Source of the DNA: a virus
Lineage: Duplodnaviria; Caudoviricetes
Virus record (IMG/VR): IMGVR_UViG_3300025687_000003
Span: 1-62,293 of that record
Strand: one strand, 5' to 3'
DNA: 62,293 bases
Part shown: piece after piece, positions 39,116 to 49,784 of the stretch
Numbering within the stretch: position 1 is the first letter of the stretch
How the letters are laid out: every line of letters begins with the position of its first letter
Translations under genes and position numbers: made by a program
Notes under the pieces: generated by a model
Databases searched by the model: none
What the model was told of the DNA's origin: nothing
Seen by the model: the letters and a program-made list of their open reading frames with translations, nothing else

Positions 39116-40065
39116 CCAACCCCATCGCAACCAGCGTCGACGGCTTCTCCGGGCTGGGCGGCACCGCCGTCGGTCTCCGGGCTGCAGGCGTGGACGTCTT
39201 GCTCGCAGCCAACCACTGGCGGTGGGCGGTGGACGCCCACCGGCTGAACCACCCCGACACCAGGCACGTGTGCCAGGACCTGCGCCAGGCCGACTTCAGC
39301 ACGTGGCCGAAGGCCGACCTTGGGGTGTTCACCCCTGCCTGTCAGGGCCACGCTGCCTCCGCCAAGCCTGCGCGCAAGCGCTCAGCGAGCGTGCGGCGAA
39401 CGCACGACGCTCTGCGGGGCAGCGCCTGGGCCGTGCCGGAGTACGCCGAGGTCCAACGCCCTCGCTTCCTGGTCGTGGAGAACGTCTCGAAGGATGGAGG
39501 CTTCCGCAACTGGGCGCTGTACAAGCACTGGTGCGGCGCGCTTCGGACGCTGGGCTACCGGCTCACGGAGAACGTGCTGATGGCGAGCCGCTGGGGCGTG
39601 CCACAGCGCCGCGAGCGCCTGATCATCGTCGGGTGCCTGGACCAGGAGATCGAGCTCCGGGATCCCGACGTGCCCGAGCCTGCGTTCGGGCCGTGCATCG
39701 AATGGGGCCAAGGGCGTTGGCGCCCCGTCGACGACAAGCTGCCCGCCGGGCCCCGCCGCCGCATCGCCAGGGCTCGAGCCAAGGGTCTCGGAGACCGCTT
39801 CCTGATCCAGAACGTGACGGGACACAGCGGCGTCTCTCTCGACGAACCCATCCGCACCATCACCACCGCCGATCAGTGGGCAGTGGTGGACGGGGACAGG
39901 TATCGCACGCTCACGTTGCGGGAGAACCTCCGGGCGCAGGGCTTCCCCGAGAGCTACCGCCTGCCCGGAGGGCGACGCAAGGACTGCATCAGGGGAATCG
40001 GCAACGCGGTACCTCCGCCCTTAGCTACGGGGATCGTAAGCGCCCTCCGCCGGGCCGTAGCGTAG
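39112..40065 (+). CDS. dcm: DNA (cytosine-5)-methyltransferase
   Basis: FSGLGG (motif I), PACQG (IV), ENV (VI), QRRER (VIII), GNAVPP (X). Confidence 0.95.
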   Translation: MTNPIATSVDGFSGLGGTAVGLRAAGVDVLLAANHWRWAVDAHRLNHPDTRHVCQDLRQADFSTWPKADLGVFTPACQGHAASAKPARKRSASVRRTHDALRGSAWAVPEYAEVQRPRFLVVENVSKDGGFRNWALYKHWCGALRTLGYRLTENVLMASRWGVPQRRERLIIVGCLDQEIELRDPDVPEPAFGPCIEWGQGRWRPVDDKLPAGPRRRIARARAKGLGDRFLIQNVTGHSGVSLDEPIRTITTADQWAVVDGDRYRTLTLRENLRAQGFPESYRLPGGRRKDCIRGIGNAVPPPLATGIVSALRRAVA

Positions 40066-40066
40066 G

Positions 40067-40106
40067 CTAAGCCTTACGGCCCTTAGCTAAGGGCCGTAAG
40101 GCTTAG
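40067..40106. repeat. Perfect 40-bp palindrome
   Basis: CTAAGCCTTACGGCCCTTAG|CTAAGGGCCGTAAGGCTTAG. Confidence 0.97.
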
Positions 40107-40146
40107 AGAAACCCGTAACTTTCTCTCCCGGTCCCTTCGTGCTGTG

Positions 40147-40299
40147 CTATACGCGCGCGCGGCGCGGGCGCGCGCACGCGACTGGTTTTTCAGGTTGGCG
40201 AAAAAATTAAAGAGGCCTGAAATCTAAAGTTGAGTCTGTCAAAAAGGACTTGATCGGGGGCGGGCGCGCACGCGCAGCCGCGTTTCAAGTTCCGTGCCA
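40147..40299 (-). repeat. Long inverted repeat, copy B
   Basis: Reverse complement of 2549-2699. Confidence 0.97.
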
Positions 40300-40309
40300 A
40301 GGAGGCCGC

Positions 40310-40477
40310 ATGCCCGAAGAACCCACCCGCTCCGGCAGACCGCTCAAGGTCGTGCCCCCCGGAGACAGACGCCGTCTGTCGGACGGACGCAACGCATGGC
40401 GGAAGATGACCCCAGAACAACGCCGCGTCTTCCTCGCCTGGATCGATGCGGCGGCCCTGCCTGTCTCTCCGCCTTAA
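40310..40477 (+). CDS. Small hypothetical protein
   Basis: AAGGAGG RBS abutting repeat B. Confidence 0.7.
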   Translation: MPEEPTRSGRPLKVVPPGDRRRLSDGRNAWRKMTPEQRRVFLAWIDAAALPVSPP

Positions 40478-40488
40478 GGAGGCCTCCT

Positions 40489-40680
40489 GTGGCCATCGAG
40501 ATCGTCAAAGCCCCGCGCCCCGACCGCCACGTGATCCAGGGCCTGTCCCGGAGCGAGGGCATCGCCGTCGCTGCCGGCTTCATCGACGCCGGGTTCGACG
40601 TGGCCCGCGTCCGTTCCGGGATCCGCCCGGCAACCTACACCGTCACAGCAACGAGGCCCCCATGCCCACCCACATCCTGA
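40489..40680 (+). CDS. Small hypothetical protein
   Basis: AAGGAGG RBS. Confidence 0.65.
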   Translation: MAIEIVKAPRPDRHVIQGLSRSEGIAVAAGFIDAGFDVARVRSGIRPATYTVTATRPPCPPTS

Positions 40681-41099
40681 GAGACGCCAACGGCAACGAG
40701 GCCGGGCGCATCCACTTCAACATCGATCTGAGCGGGGAGGCCCGGGTCAGCACCGAGGTCGAGGGCGTCGGCACCGTCCGCGTCTGGGTCCCCGCCCAGG
40801 CCCTCGTCGACTTCCGGGGCTGCGCCCCCGAGCCCGAGCCCGAGCCCGAGCCCGTGTGGCTGTGGGCCACGCTCCAGACGCCGCAGGGCCGGGTCGTCGC
40901 CAAGGTCGAGACGCTCGACGGCTTCCCCCGGCAGCGAGACGGCGTCTACCGCATCCGCCACGGTCTCGACTCCTCCGTCCTGGCGGGGCAAAGCCCGGCC
41001 CTTTTGTTCCCGGCCGCCGTCACGGCGGCCGACCTCGTCGAGATCGTCCCGGCCTGGCGCGCCAAGGCGCTGGACGAAGTCCTCGCGGGTCTCGGATGA
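40662..41099 (+). CDS. Hypothetical protein
   Basis: GAGG RBS; internal PE repeat linker. Confidence 0.7.
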   Translation: MPTHILRDANGNEAGRIHFNIDLSGEARVSTEVEGVGTVRVWVPAQALVDFRGCAPEPEPEPEPVWLWATLQTPQGRVVAKVETLDGFPRQRDGVYRIRHGLDSSVLAGQSPALLFPAAVTAADLVEIVPAWRAKALDEVLAGLG

Positions 41100-41413
41100 A
41101 AGCAGTCACCGTCGGCCGCGCCGGCACAGAGACCGCCACCGTCGTGAAGCGCGGCGTCAAGCTCCACTTCCCCGTGTGGGCAGCCAAGCTCTACGAGCTG
41201 CGTCAGCGCAGGAGCGACGGCAAGAAGTCCTGGCGCTACGTCGCCCGGGTCGACGAGCTCGACACCGTCACGGGCCCCGAGGCCCCCGCGGTCCTGGTCC
41301 AAGCGGCCCAGGACTACGCCCGGCGCAACGGCATGGAGTACCTGCCGGACATCGTGCAGGGCGCCACCACCACAGACCGCGCCGGCATCCGCTGGCGCAA
41401 GGAGAACCGATGA
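41096..41413 (+). CDS. Hypothetical protein
   Basis: ATGA coupling. Confidence 0.7.
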   Translation: MKAVTVGRAGTETATVVKRGVKLHFPVWAAKLYELRQRRSDGKKSWRYVARVDELDTVTGPEAPAVLVQAAQDYARRNGMEYLPDIVQGATTTDRAGIRWRKENR

Positions 41414-41432
41414 AGCACACCCCGGAGGAGCC

Positions 41433-41750
41433 GTGATCGTCTGCGTCCGAATCGAAGGCCAGGTCCTGGAAGGCAGGGACGACATCGCCTTCGTCGACAC
41501 CGTCTCCGACACCTTCGTCGAGATCAACGGCTCGCAGTTCTGGGACGACCCTGACGACCTGCGCGCCGACCTCCGTCTCGACGCGTCGACCGCGGACGAC
41601 ATCGGACGCTTCACATCCCTGGTGCCCGAGACCTGGCCCCGCAAGTGCAGCTACTGCGGGAGGTCCGGCGACGTCCACGACTACGAAGGCCCCGGCTACT
41701 TCCACCCCAGCTGCGTCGTTCTCGCGATCGACGAGCTCAACCAACGCTGA
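41433..41750 (+). CDS. Hypothetical protein with a CxxC...HxxC motif
   Basis: GGAGG RBS. Confidence 0.65.
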   Translation: MIVCVRIEGQVLEGRDDIAFVDTVSDTFVEINGSQFWDDPDDLRADLRLDASTADDIGRFTSLVPETWPRKCSYCGRSGDVHDYEGPGYFHPSCVVLAIDELNQR

Positions 41751-41765
41751 ACCCCAAGAGGACCA

Positions 41766-43766
41766 ATGCCGTTTCAAGACTTCGCTGCTCGGATGCACGA
41801 GCACTTCACCCAGATGACCGCAGCCGGCGAGCTGTTCCACGCCAACGTCTCGCGCGACCAGCTGTGGGACACCTACCTGGGCGCGTTCCCGCCCGGCACC
41901 AACCCCGTCTTCCGACAGCGCACGGAGCACGACTGCTCCTGCTGCAGGCAGTTCGTCAAGGGCGTCGGGGGCATGGTCTCCATCGCCCCCGACGGCAGCC
42001 TGCGCACCATCTGGGACGTCGACATGCCCGGCCACTACGGCGTGGTCGCTGCCCGCATGGCTGCGCTCGTCCGGGGTGCCGGCATCGACCGCGTCTACCG
42101 CAGCAAGGAGCCCGGCTACGGTACGGAGTCCAACGTCGAGACGGTCGAGGGCGGCCACGACATCACGTGGCACCACTTCCACTGCAAGCTGCCGTCGCGC
42201 GTGGTCGTGCCGAACGTCGGCACCGTCGTCGGCACCCACGCCGCCGCCTTCCAGGTCCTGCGCCGTGGGCTCCAGGATCTGACCGTCGAGGCCCTCGACA
42301 CCGTCGAAGACCTGATCGCCAGCAACTCCCTGTACCGGGGCGAGGAGCACCTCGCTGTCGTGCAGCGCTTCGCCTCCGTCAAGCGCGCCTACGACGCGGC
42401 CGCGCACAAGGACACCTTCGTCTGGGGCCACGTCTCCACGAGCGCCGCTCGGTTCCGCAACACCGCCATCGGCACCCTGGTCCAGGACCTGTCCGGAGGC
42501 ATGGGCATCGAGCAGGCCGTTCGCCGCTTCGAGGTCAAGGTCGCTCCGCAGAACTACCAGCGCACCAGCTCCCCCATCACCAAGGGCATGGTCGACAACG
42601 CGCTCAAGACGCTGCGTGGGCTGGGCCTCGAGGGTGCGGTGCACCGCCGGCTCGCCACCATCGGCGACGTGAGCCCGGCCGACGTGCTGTTCGTCGACCG
42701 CAGCGTGCAGCCCTTGATGAAGGACGGCCTGGCCGACCTGCTGATGGAGGAGGTCAAGCCCCAGACGCGCTCGATGAAGGGCGCGGTCGACATCACGGCC
42801 GACGCCTTCTTCGCCGACGTCTTGCCCGGTGCCGAGGGCGTCGAGATGCAGCTGGCCCGGGAGCACCTGGGCAACTTCGTGACGCTGACCGCGCCGAAGG
42901 AGCCCAGCACTGGACGCCTGTTCAAGTGGGACAACGACTTCGCCTGGGTGTACGACGGCAACGTCACCGACTCCATCAAGGACCGGGTCAAGGCCGCCGG
43001 CGGTCGGGTCGTGGCGCTGATGCGTGTGTCGCTGTCTTGGTACAACGGCGACGACCTGGACATCCACGCCCGAGACCCCAAGCACGGACACATCCACTAC
43101 GCGCGCCGGTGCGGCGTGCTCGACGTCGACATGAACGCCGCCCCGAGCGGCACCCTGTTCTCCCGCAACGCCGTGGAGAACCTCGCCTGGCAGTCGCTGG
43201 TCGACGGGCAGTACGAGGTCTGGGTGCACCAGTACGCAAAGCGAGAGTCCGTCGACGTCGGCTTCGAGATCGAGTACGCCTACGGCCACGACGTGCGCCA
43301 GGCCACCTACCCCAAGGCGGTGCAGCAGGGCGCCAACATCCCGGTGTGCACCATCACGGTGCAGGGCGGCAAGGTCGCTGCCCTGACCTGGGCCCCCGGC
43401 ATGGTCGGGGGCGAGGCATCGACGGAGAAGTGGGGCGTGCCTACCGGACAGATGGTGCCGGTCGACAGCATCATGCTCTCGCCCAACCACTGGGGCCCCG
43501 AGGATCGGCGCACCGGCAACCGGCACCACATCTTCGTGCTGCGCGGCTGCAAGACCCCCGACCGCGTGCGCGGCTTCTTCAACGAGTACCTGCGCTCGGA
43601 CCTCCACGGGCAGCGCAAGGTGTTCGAGGTCCTGGCAGGCAAGCTCAAGTGCGAGACCTCGGGAGACCAGCTCTCCGGGGTCGGCTTCTCCTCCACTCGA
43701 CGCGCAAGCGTCATCATCGCTGTCCGGAAGGACGGCACCACCCGGACGTACAACGTCCAGTTCTGA
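41766..43766 (+). CDS. Conserved phage protein with N-terminal HDCSCC motif and C-terminal YfaP/DUF2135-like domain
   Basis: LSWYNGDDLDIH...LDVDMN...VENL motif; GAGG RBS. Confidence 0.75.
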   Translation: MPFQDFAARMHEHFTQMTAAGELFHANVSRDQLWDTYLGAFPPGTNPVFRQRTEHDCSCCRQFVKGVGGMVSIAPDGSLRTIWDVDMPGHYGVVAARMAALVRGAGIDRVYRSKEPGYGTESNVETVEGGHDITWHHFHCKLPSRVVVPNVGTVVGTHAAAFQVLRRGLQDLTVEALDTVEDLIASNSLYRGEEHLAVVQRFASVKRAYDAAAHKDTFVWGHVSTSAARFRNTAIGTLVQDLSGGMGIEQAVRRFEVKVAPQNYQRTSSPITKGMVDNALKTLRGLGLEGAVHRRLATIGDVSPADVLFVDRSVQPLMKDGLADLLMEEVKPQTRSMKGAVDITADAFFADVLPGAEGVEMQLAREHLGNFVTLTAPKEPSTGRLFKWDNDFAWVYDGNVTDSIKDRVKAAGGRVVALMRVSLSWYNGDDLDIHARDPKHGHIHYARRCGVLDVDMNAAPSGTLFSRNAVENLAWQSLVDGQYEVWVHQYAKRESVDVGFEIEYAYGHDVRQATYPKAVQQGANIPVCTITVQGGKVAALTWAPGMVGGEASTEKWGVPTGQMVPVDSIMLSPNHWGPEDRRTGNRHHIFVLRGCKTPDRVRGFFNEYLRSDLHGQRKVFEVLAGKLKCETSGDQLSGVGFSSTRRASVIIAVRKDGTTRTYNVQF

Positions 43767-43774
43767 GAGACACC

Positions 43775-44182
43775 ATGGCAGACGACATCTTCATGCAGGC
43801 GACGCGCTGTCGCCTGCGCTTCCCCAGCCCCATCGGCTACCTGCGCACCGAGGACCTGTGGTCCATCGCCCTGACCTCGGAGGCGAGCACCAACGGCGCC
43901 TCCGTCGAGGGCGTGGGCGCGGCCTTGCTCGCCCGCCAGCAGCAGCGGCAGGACCAGAGCGTGCTGCGCAGCAGCAGCTCGCGCAGCGAGGACCAGGTCG
44001 AGCTCGACCTGCAGGTCGCGATCATCCGCAAGGTGGCCGAGATCCGAGAGGACGAGGCCGAGGCCAAGACGCTGGCCGCGTCGAAGGCGTCCGAGCGCCG
44101 CCGCCTGGAGCGCCTCCTGGCGCAGAAGGAGGAGCAGGAGCTCACCGCGGAGCAGATCCAGGCTCGCCTCGACAGCCTGTAG
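43775..44182 (+). CDS. Coiled-coil phage protein, probable partner of the upstream gene
   Basis: IFMQATRCRLRF...G.L..EDLW N-terminus; helical C-terminus. Confidence 0.75.
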   Translation: MADDIFMQATRCRLRFPSPIGYLRTEDLWSIALTSEASTNGASVEGVGAALLARQQQRQDQSVLRSSSSRSEDQVELDLQVAIIRKVAEIREDEAEAKTLAASKASERRRLERLLAQKEEQELTAEQIQARLDSL

Positions 44183-44187
44183 CGGCC

Positions 44188-44211
44188 GGAGGCCGGGGAG
44201 ACCCGGCCTCC
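44188..44211 (+). terminator. GC hairpin (terminator or processing site)
   Basis: 10-bp stem with GAGA loop; no U-tract. Confidence 0.45.
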
Positions 44212-44243
44212 CCGAAGAAACATCCACCACAGGACCCCACCCC

Positions 44244-44453
44244 ATGCTCTTCCTGATCTCCCTGCTCTTCGCCTGCGCCTCCGAACCGTACGCCCTTGGC
44301 TACGAAGACGGCTGTGCGTGGGGCCAAGCCGACGCCACGTCCTGCGCTGCCTTCGACGACAGCTTCGACGTCCGCGGCTCCGACTACGCCCGAGGCGTCT
44401 CCGCCGGCTACGCCGAGTGCTACGACGCCTGGGTCGAGGCCGGGGGCTGCTGA
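44244..44453 (+). CDS. Small putative lipoprotein
   Basis: AGGA RBS; hydrophobic leader ending LFAC. Confidence 0.55.
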   Translation: MLFLISLLFACASEPYALGYEDGCAWGQADATSCAAFDDSFDVRGSDYARGVSAGYAECYDAWVEAGGC

Positions 44454-44647
44454 TGCCCGAGCCCAAAGACCCAGGGCGCGTCGTCCTGGTGGTCGACGGG
44501 CACCCCGCCTTTCGTTTCGAGCGCCTCTTGGAGCAGACCGCAGCACGCTGCGCTGCCGAGGCGGAGCAGCATCTGCCCTCGCTGGAAGCGCCCCGGCCCA
44601 ACAGAAAGCAGCGGCGCGCCGCTCTTCGGCGGAAGCGCCTCACATGA
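44453..44647 (+). CDS. Hypothetical protein
   Basis: TGATG coupling; NRKQRRA motif. Confidence 0.6.
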   Translation: MPEPKDPGRVVLVVDGHPAFRFERLLEQTAARCAAEAEQHLPSLEAPRPNRKQRRAALRRKRLT

Positions 44648-44705
44648 TCGTCTTCTGGCTCTGCGTCGCGTAGCGGCGTACGTTGCATACCCCCAAGGAG
44701 GGGCC

Positions 44706-47372
44706 GTGGAAGCACTATGCTTCAAGAACAAGTACGTGGCCAGCCTGGACCCGGACAAGCCCACGGCGTCCCGCGCTGGGGACGTCCTCCCCCTCGCCGA
44801 GGCATGGGCCCCGCACTCCACAGACGCCCATGCCGTGGGCTACCTCCCGCCCGTCGGCGAGGTCCAGGGCTACCGCCTGTCCAAGGACCAGGCCGAGCTC
44901 GCCGATCAGCGCGGCATCAAGCAGCACTGGCTGTGCTTCGACATCGACCGCCCGGGACACGAAGCCTGGCCCGACCAGGCCCAGGCCCAGGACGCCCTGT
45001 ACGAGGCCATCGAGCAGCTGCCCGAGCAGCTCCAGGACTACGCCGGCGGCTACACCACGCGCGCCGGACTCCGCATCGTCTTCCATCTCGGCCTCCCGGT
45101 CGCCGTGCGCTACGTCAACCACCTGCTGCGGGTGCTGGGCGAGCGTCTGCACGACGCCGGGTTGCTCGTCGACCCCGCCTGCTACCAGTGGACCCGCCTG
45201 TTCCGTCTGCCCCGCGTTCGGCGCGAGCGTCACGGCCGGCTCGAGTCCTTCACGGAGAACCCCACGACCGTCCCCAGCAGCATCCACGCGCTGCTCGGGC
45301 TGGAGCCAACCGTCGAAAGCACGGCCGCGGTGACCGCCGAAGACATGCCGTCAGCTGCCCAGGAAACGCCTGGCTGGCTCCTGAAGCGCGTCACGGGTGT
45401 GTGCCCGGAGTTCCGGGACGGGAGCCCTGTGGACGTCCTGGACGACATGGACGGAGGCTCGTCCATGTTCCGCGCCATCCGCACCGTGCTCGCCCGCGCC
45501 TGCCGAGCAGGCGCCGTCACCGAGCCTTCCGTTCTGATCTCCCTGGCGTGGGCCTCCATCGTGGCCAGCGGCCGCGAGCCCGAGGAGTTCTGGAAGTTCG
45601 CCTGCTGGGTCTGCGCGCAGCAGGCGGAGACCGAGGCCCAGGCCCAGGCGACGCCCGACTACGGAGACACCCCGCCGTCCGACGTCGTGGTCGCCCCGGA
45701 GTCCTGGTGGAACGCCGTCACCGCTCGCGCCGCCAAGGCGAAGGCTCGGTACATCCCGGACGTGGTCCGGCGCATGCGCGAGGGCATGGACGTGACGCCG
45801 TCGCGCGGGATCAAGGACGTCCCGCAGGCCTTCGGCGTGCTCCTCGACCTGGTCGCCGGCACGCCCCTGGCGGAGGACCCAGCGGTCTTGGTCGCCGCCA
45901 TCCGCGACTCGTGGAAGCACACCCCCAAGAAGGCCTCGACCGTCGAGGACCTGTGGCGCATGGCCAAGGCCGCGTCCGAGGCGTGGCACGAGCTCAAGGC
46001 GGAGCGACTGCGCCAAGAGAAGGACGCGCTGCAGTCGCAGGACATCCTCGAGCGCTGGCCGCTGTGCCTCGCCACGGGCAACCAGTACTTCGTGCTCGTC
46101 GCCCGGGACGAGCCCGGCACGTGGACCTACGTCCCGGTCAAAGAGGGGCAGCTGGTGCCCCTGATGCGGAAGCTCCAGACCCGCCTGCCTATCGACGTGC
46201 GCCTGATCACCACCAAGGACCGAGGCGGCATGGTCTCCGCCATCGAGGCGCTCGACCGCTTCGGCCGCTTCGTCGACGACGTCCAGTACGTCAGCGCCGC
46301 CAAGGGCGCCCGATTCGTCGAGGGCGGCCGCGTCGCCCTGCTGCCCTGCCACCGCCGCAGCGACGTCGAGCCGCGCCACGACGCCCAGGTCGAGGAGTGG
46401 CTCCGTCTGCTGTCCGGCGATGCGCACGAGAGGTTGCTCCGCTGGATCGCTGCAGCACCCCGCACCGCCGACGGCCCGCTCGCCGCCCTCTACCTGCAGG
46501 GGCCCGCCGGCAGCGGCAAGACCCTGCTGTGCAAAGGGCTGTCCAGCCTCTACAGCGCGGGCCACGTCGACTACAACCGCATCACGGGCAGCGAGTTCAA
46601 CGGGGAGATCGTCGATAGCCCCATCCTATTCGCCGACGAGGGCATCAGCCCGCCCCTCGGCAAGGGGGCGGGCAGCCCCAGCATCGTGTTCCGCTCCTAC
46701 GTGAGCAACGGGGACCACGTCGTCCGGCAGCTGTACACCGCCCCCGTCCCCCTGCGTGGCTACCTGCGCGTCCTGGTCACGGCGAACGACGCCGAGGGCA
46801 TCCCCTTCAGCGAGACGCTGGGGAAGGACGGCATCGGGGCGATCGTCGAGCGCGTGTTCCACGTCATGTGCCAGCCCGAGGCTCGGGCGTTCCTACAGAA
46901 CGACGTGGGCGCCGCGACGATCCGCGAGTCCTGGCTCCAGGGTCGGGTTCTTGCGGCCCACCTCGCGTGGCTGGCGCAGCGCCCGGTGGAGCCCGAGGGG
47001 CGCTACCTGGTGTGCGGGCAGGAGACTGTGTGGCACAGACGGTTCGTGTCCAACCAGGGGCTGAAGCCGGAGTTGTTCAGTGTTCTCGGGGACATCGCCG
47101 AGCGAGCCGTGGCGAGCCGCTTCGACGGTGCCTTCATCGACGGCGACACGCTGTACGTCCACAAGAAGCTGGTGGAACGCACGTGGCCGGACGTGGTCGG
47201 CGGGTCCATGCCTCGGTTGCGTGTGATTACGCGTACACTGGCGGCAGTTTCGCAGGGTCCGCAAAGCCGCCCCAGGCGCGACGAAAACGACGAGCGGTGG
47301 TACTACGCCATCGCGTGGAAAGACCTGGAAGAAGCCGACGTTCTGTCGGCGAAGGCAAGGAGCCGCAAGTGA
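44706..47372 (+). CDS. Primase-helicase (AEP-like N-terminus, SF3/DUF5906-like NTPase)
   Basis: CFDID, YTTRAGLR, RLFRLP; LYLQGPAGSGKT, FN, FADE, VTAN; AAGGAGG RBS. Confidence 0.85.
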   Translation: MEALCFKNKYVASLDPDKPTASRAGDVLPLAEAWAPHSTDAHAVGYLPPVGEVQGYRLSKDQAELADQRGIKQHWLCFDIDRPGHEAWPDQAQAQDALYEAIEQLPEQLQDYAGGYTTRAGLRIVFHLGLPVAVRYVNHLLRVLGERLHDAGLLVDPACYQWTRLFRLPRVRRERHGRLESFTENPTTVPSSIHALLGLEPTVESTAAVTAEDMPSAAQETPGWLLKRVTGVCPEFRDGSPVDVLDDMDGGSSMFRAIRTVLARACRAGAVTEPSVLISLAWASIVASGREPEEFWKFACWVCAQQAETEAQAQATPDYGDTPPSDVVVAPESWWNAVTARAAKAKARYIPDVVRRMREGMDVTPSRGIKDVPQAFGVLLDLVAGTPLAEDPAVLVAAIRDSWKHTPKKASTVEDLWRMAKAASEAWHELKAERLRQEKDALQSQDILERWPLCLATGNQYFVLVARDEPGTWTYVPVKEGQLVPLMRKLQTRLPIDVRLITTKDRGGMVSAIEALDRFGRFVDDVQYVSAAKGARFVEGGRVALLPCHRRSDVEPRHDAQVEEWLRLLSGDAHERLLRWIAAAPRTADGPLAALYLQGPAGSGKTLLCKGLSSLYSAGHVDYNRITGSEFNGEIVDSPILFADEGISPPLGKGAGSPSIVFRSYVSNGDHVVRQLYTAPVPLRGYLRVLVTANDAEGIPFSETLGKDGIGAIVERVFHVMCQPEARAFLQNDVGAATIRESWLQGRVLAAHLAWLAQRPVEPEGRYLVCGQETVWHRRFVSNQGLKPELFSVLGDIAERAVASRFDGAFIDGDTLYVHKKLVERTWPDVVGGSMPRLRVITRTLAAVSQGPQSRPRRDENDERWYYAIAWKDLEEADVLSAKARSRK

Positions 47373-47954
47373 GCACGATCACCATCCGAGACCCCGGCGT
47401 GCGCGCATTGCACAGACCTTGGATCCCTCGCAGCTCGGCGTGTTTTCGCGCGCGGCGCCCTTGGTGCAGCACCCCCATCCGATACACAGGCTGGGATCGC
47501 TGCTGGCTCGGCGTCGACCCCGCATCCTCGGGGTACGTCGTGCTCTCGAAGGTCCGGGCCGGGTCGAAGTCGGTGCACGTCACGAACGTCGTGCACGACG
47601 AAGTGACCGTCTGCGTCCCCGAGACAGCGACCGAGCTCGCGCTCTTGGACGTCCCGCGCTACAGCTTCCGCACGATCCCCCCGGAGGTCTACGACGCCAT
47701 AGCCCGCTGGCAGCGGAACGTGCGCCTCTACGCCAAGACCGCAACCTTCGGGGTGCCGTACTACGCCCCGCCCCGGCGCTACCCGATCGACATCAGCCAC
47801 GCGACAGTCGACGGCTCGTTCCCCGTCTGGGCCCGCATCTTCTGCGTCGGTCTCGCCATTCTACGTCTGGCCCTGCGCCACGACATGCTCGACGTAGCCG
47901 AGGCCCGGTTGCCGGACCTGATGAGCCGCGCTGTGTTCTGGATGGGGAGGCTTC

Positions 47955-47962
<8 letters not shown>
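47369..47962 (+). CDS. Hypothetical protein carrying PolA-like and RNase H-like motif fragments
   Basis: AAGGAG RBS, GTGA coupling; WLGVDPA, NVVHDEV, R..AKTATFGVPY. Confidence 0.7.
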
Positions 47963-49703
<1,741 letters not shown>

Positions 49704-49784
49704 ACAACCTTTCAGCAGGCGCGAGGCCCCTCGGGGCGCTTCCAGGTCTACCTGGGGAGCCTCGCGTCCTGCTTTGGAGGCACA

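Noticed and set aside
40067-40106. N15-like linear plasmid prophage telomere site
   Set aside because: No protelomerase or partition genes recognised; kept only as an unexplained palindrome
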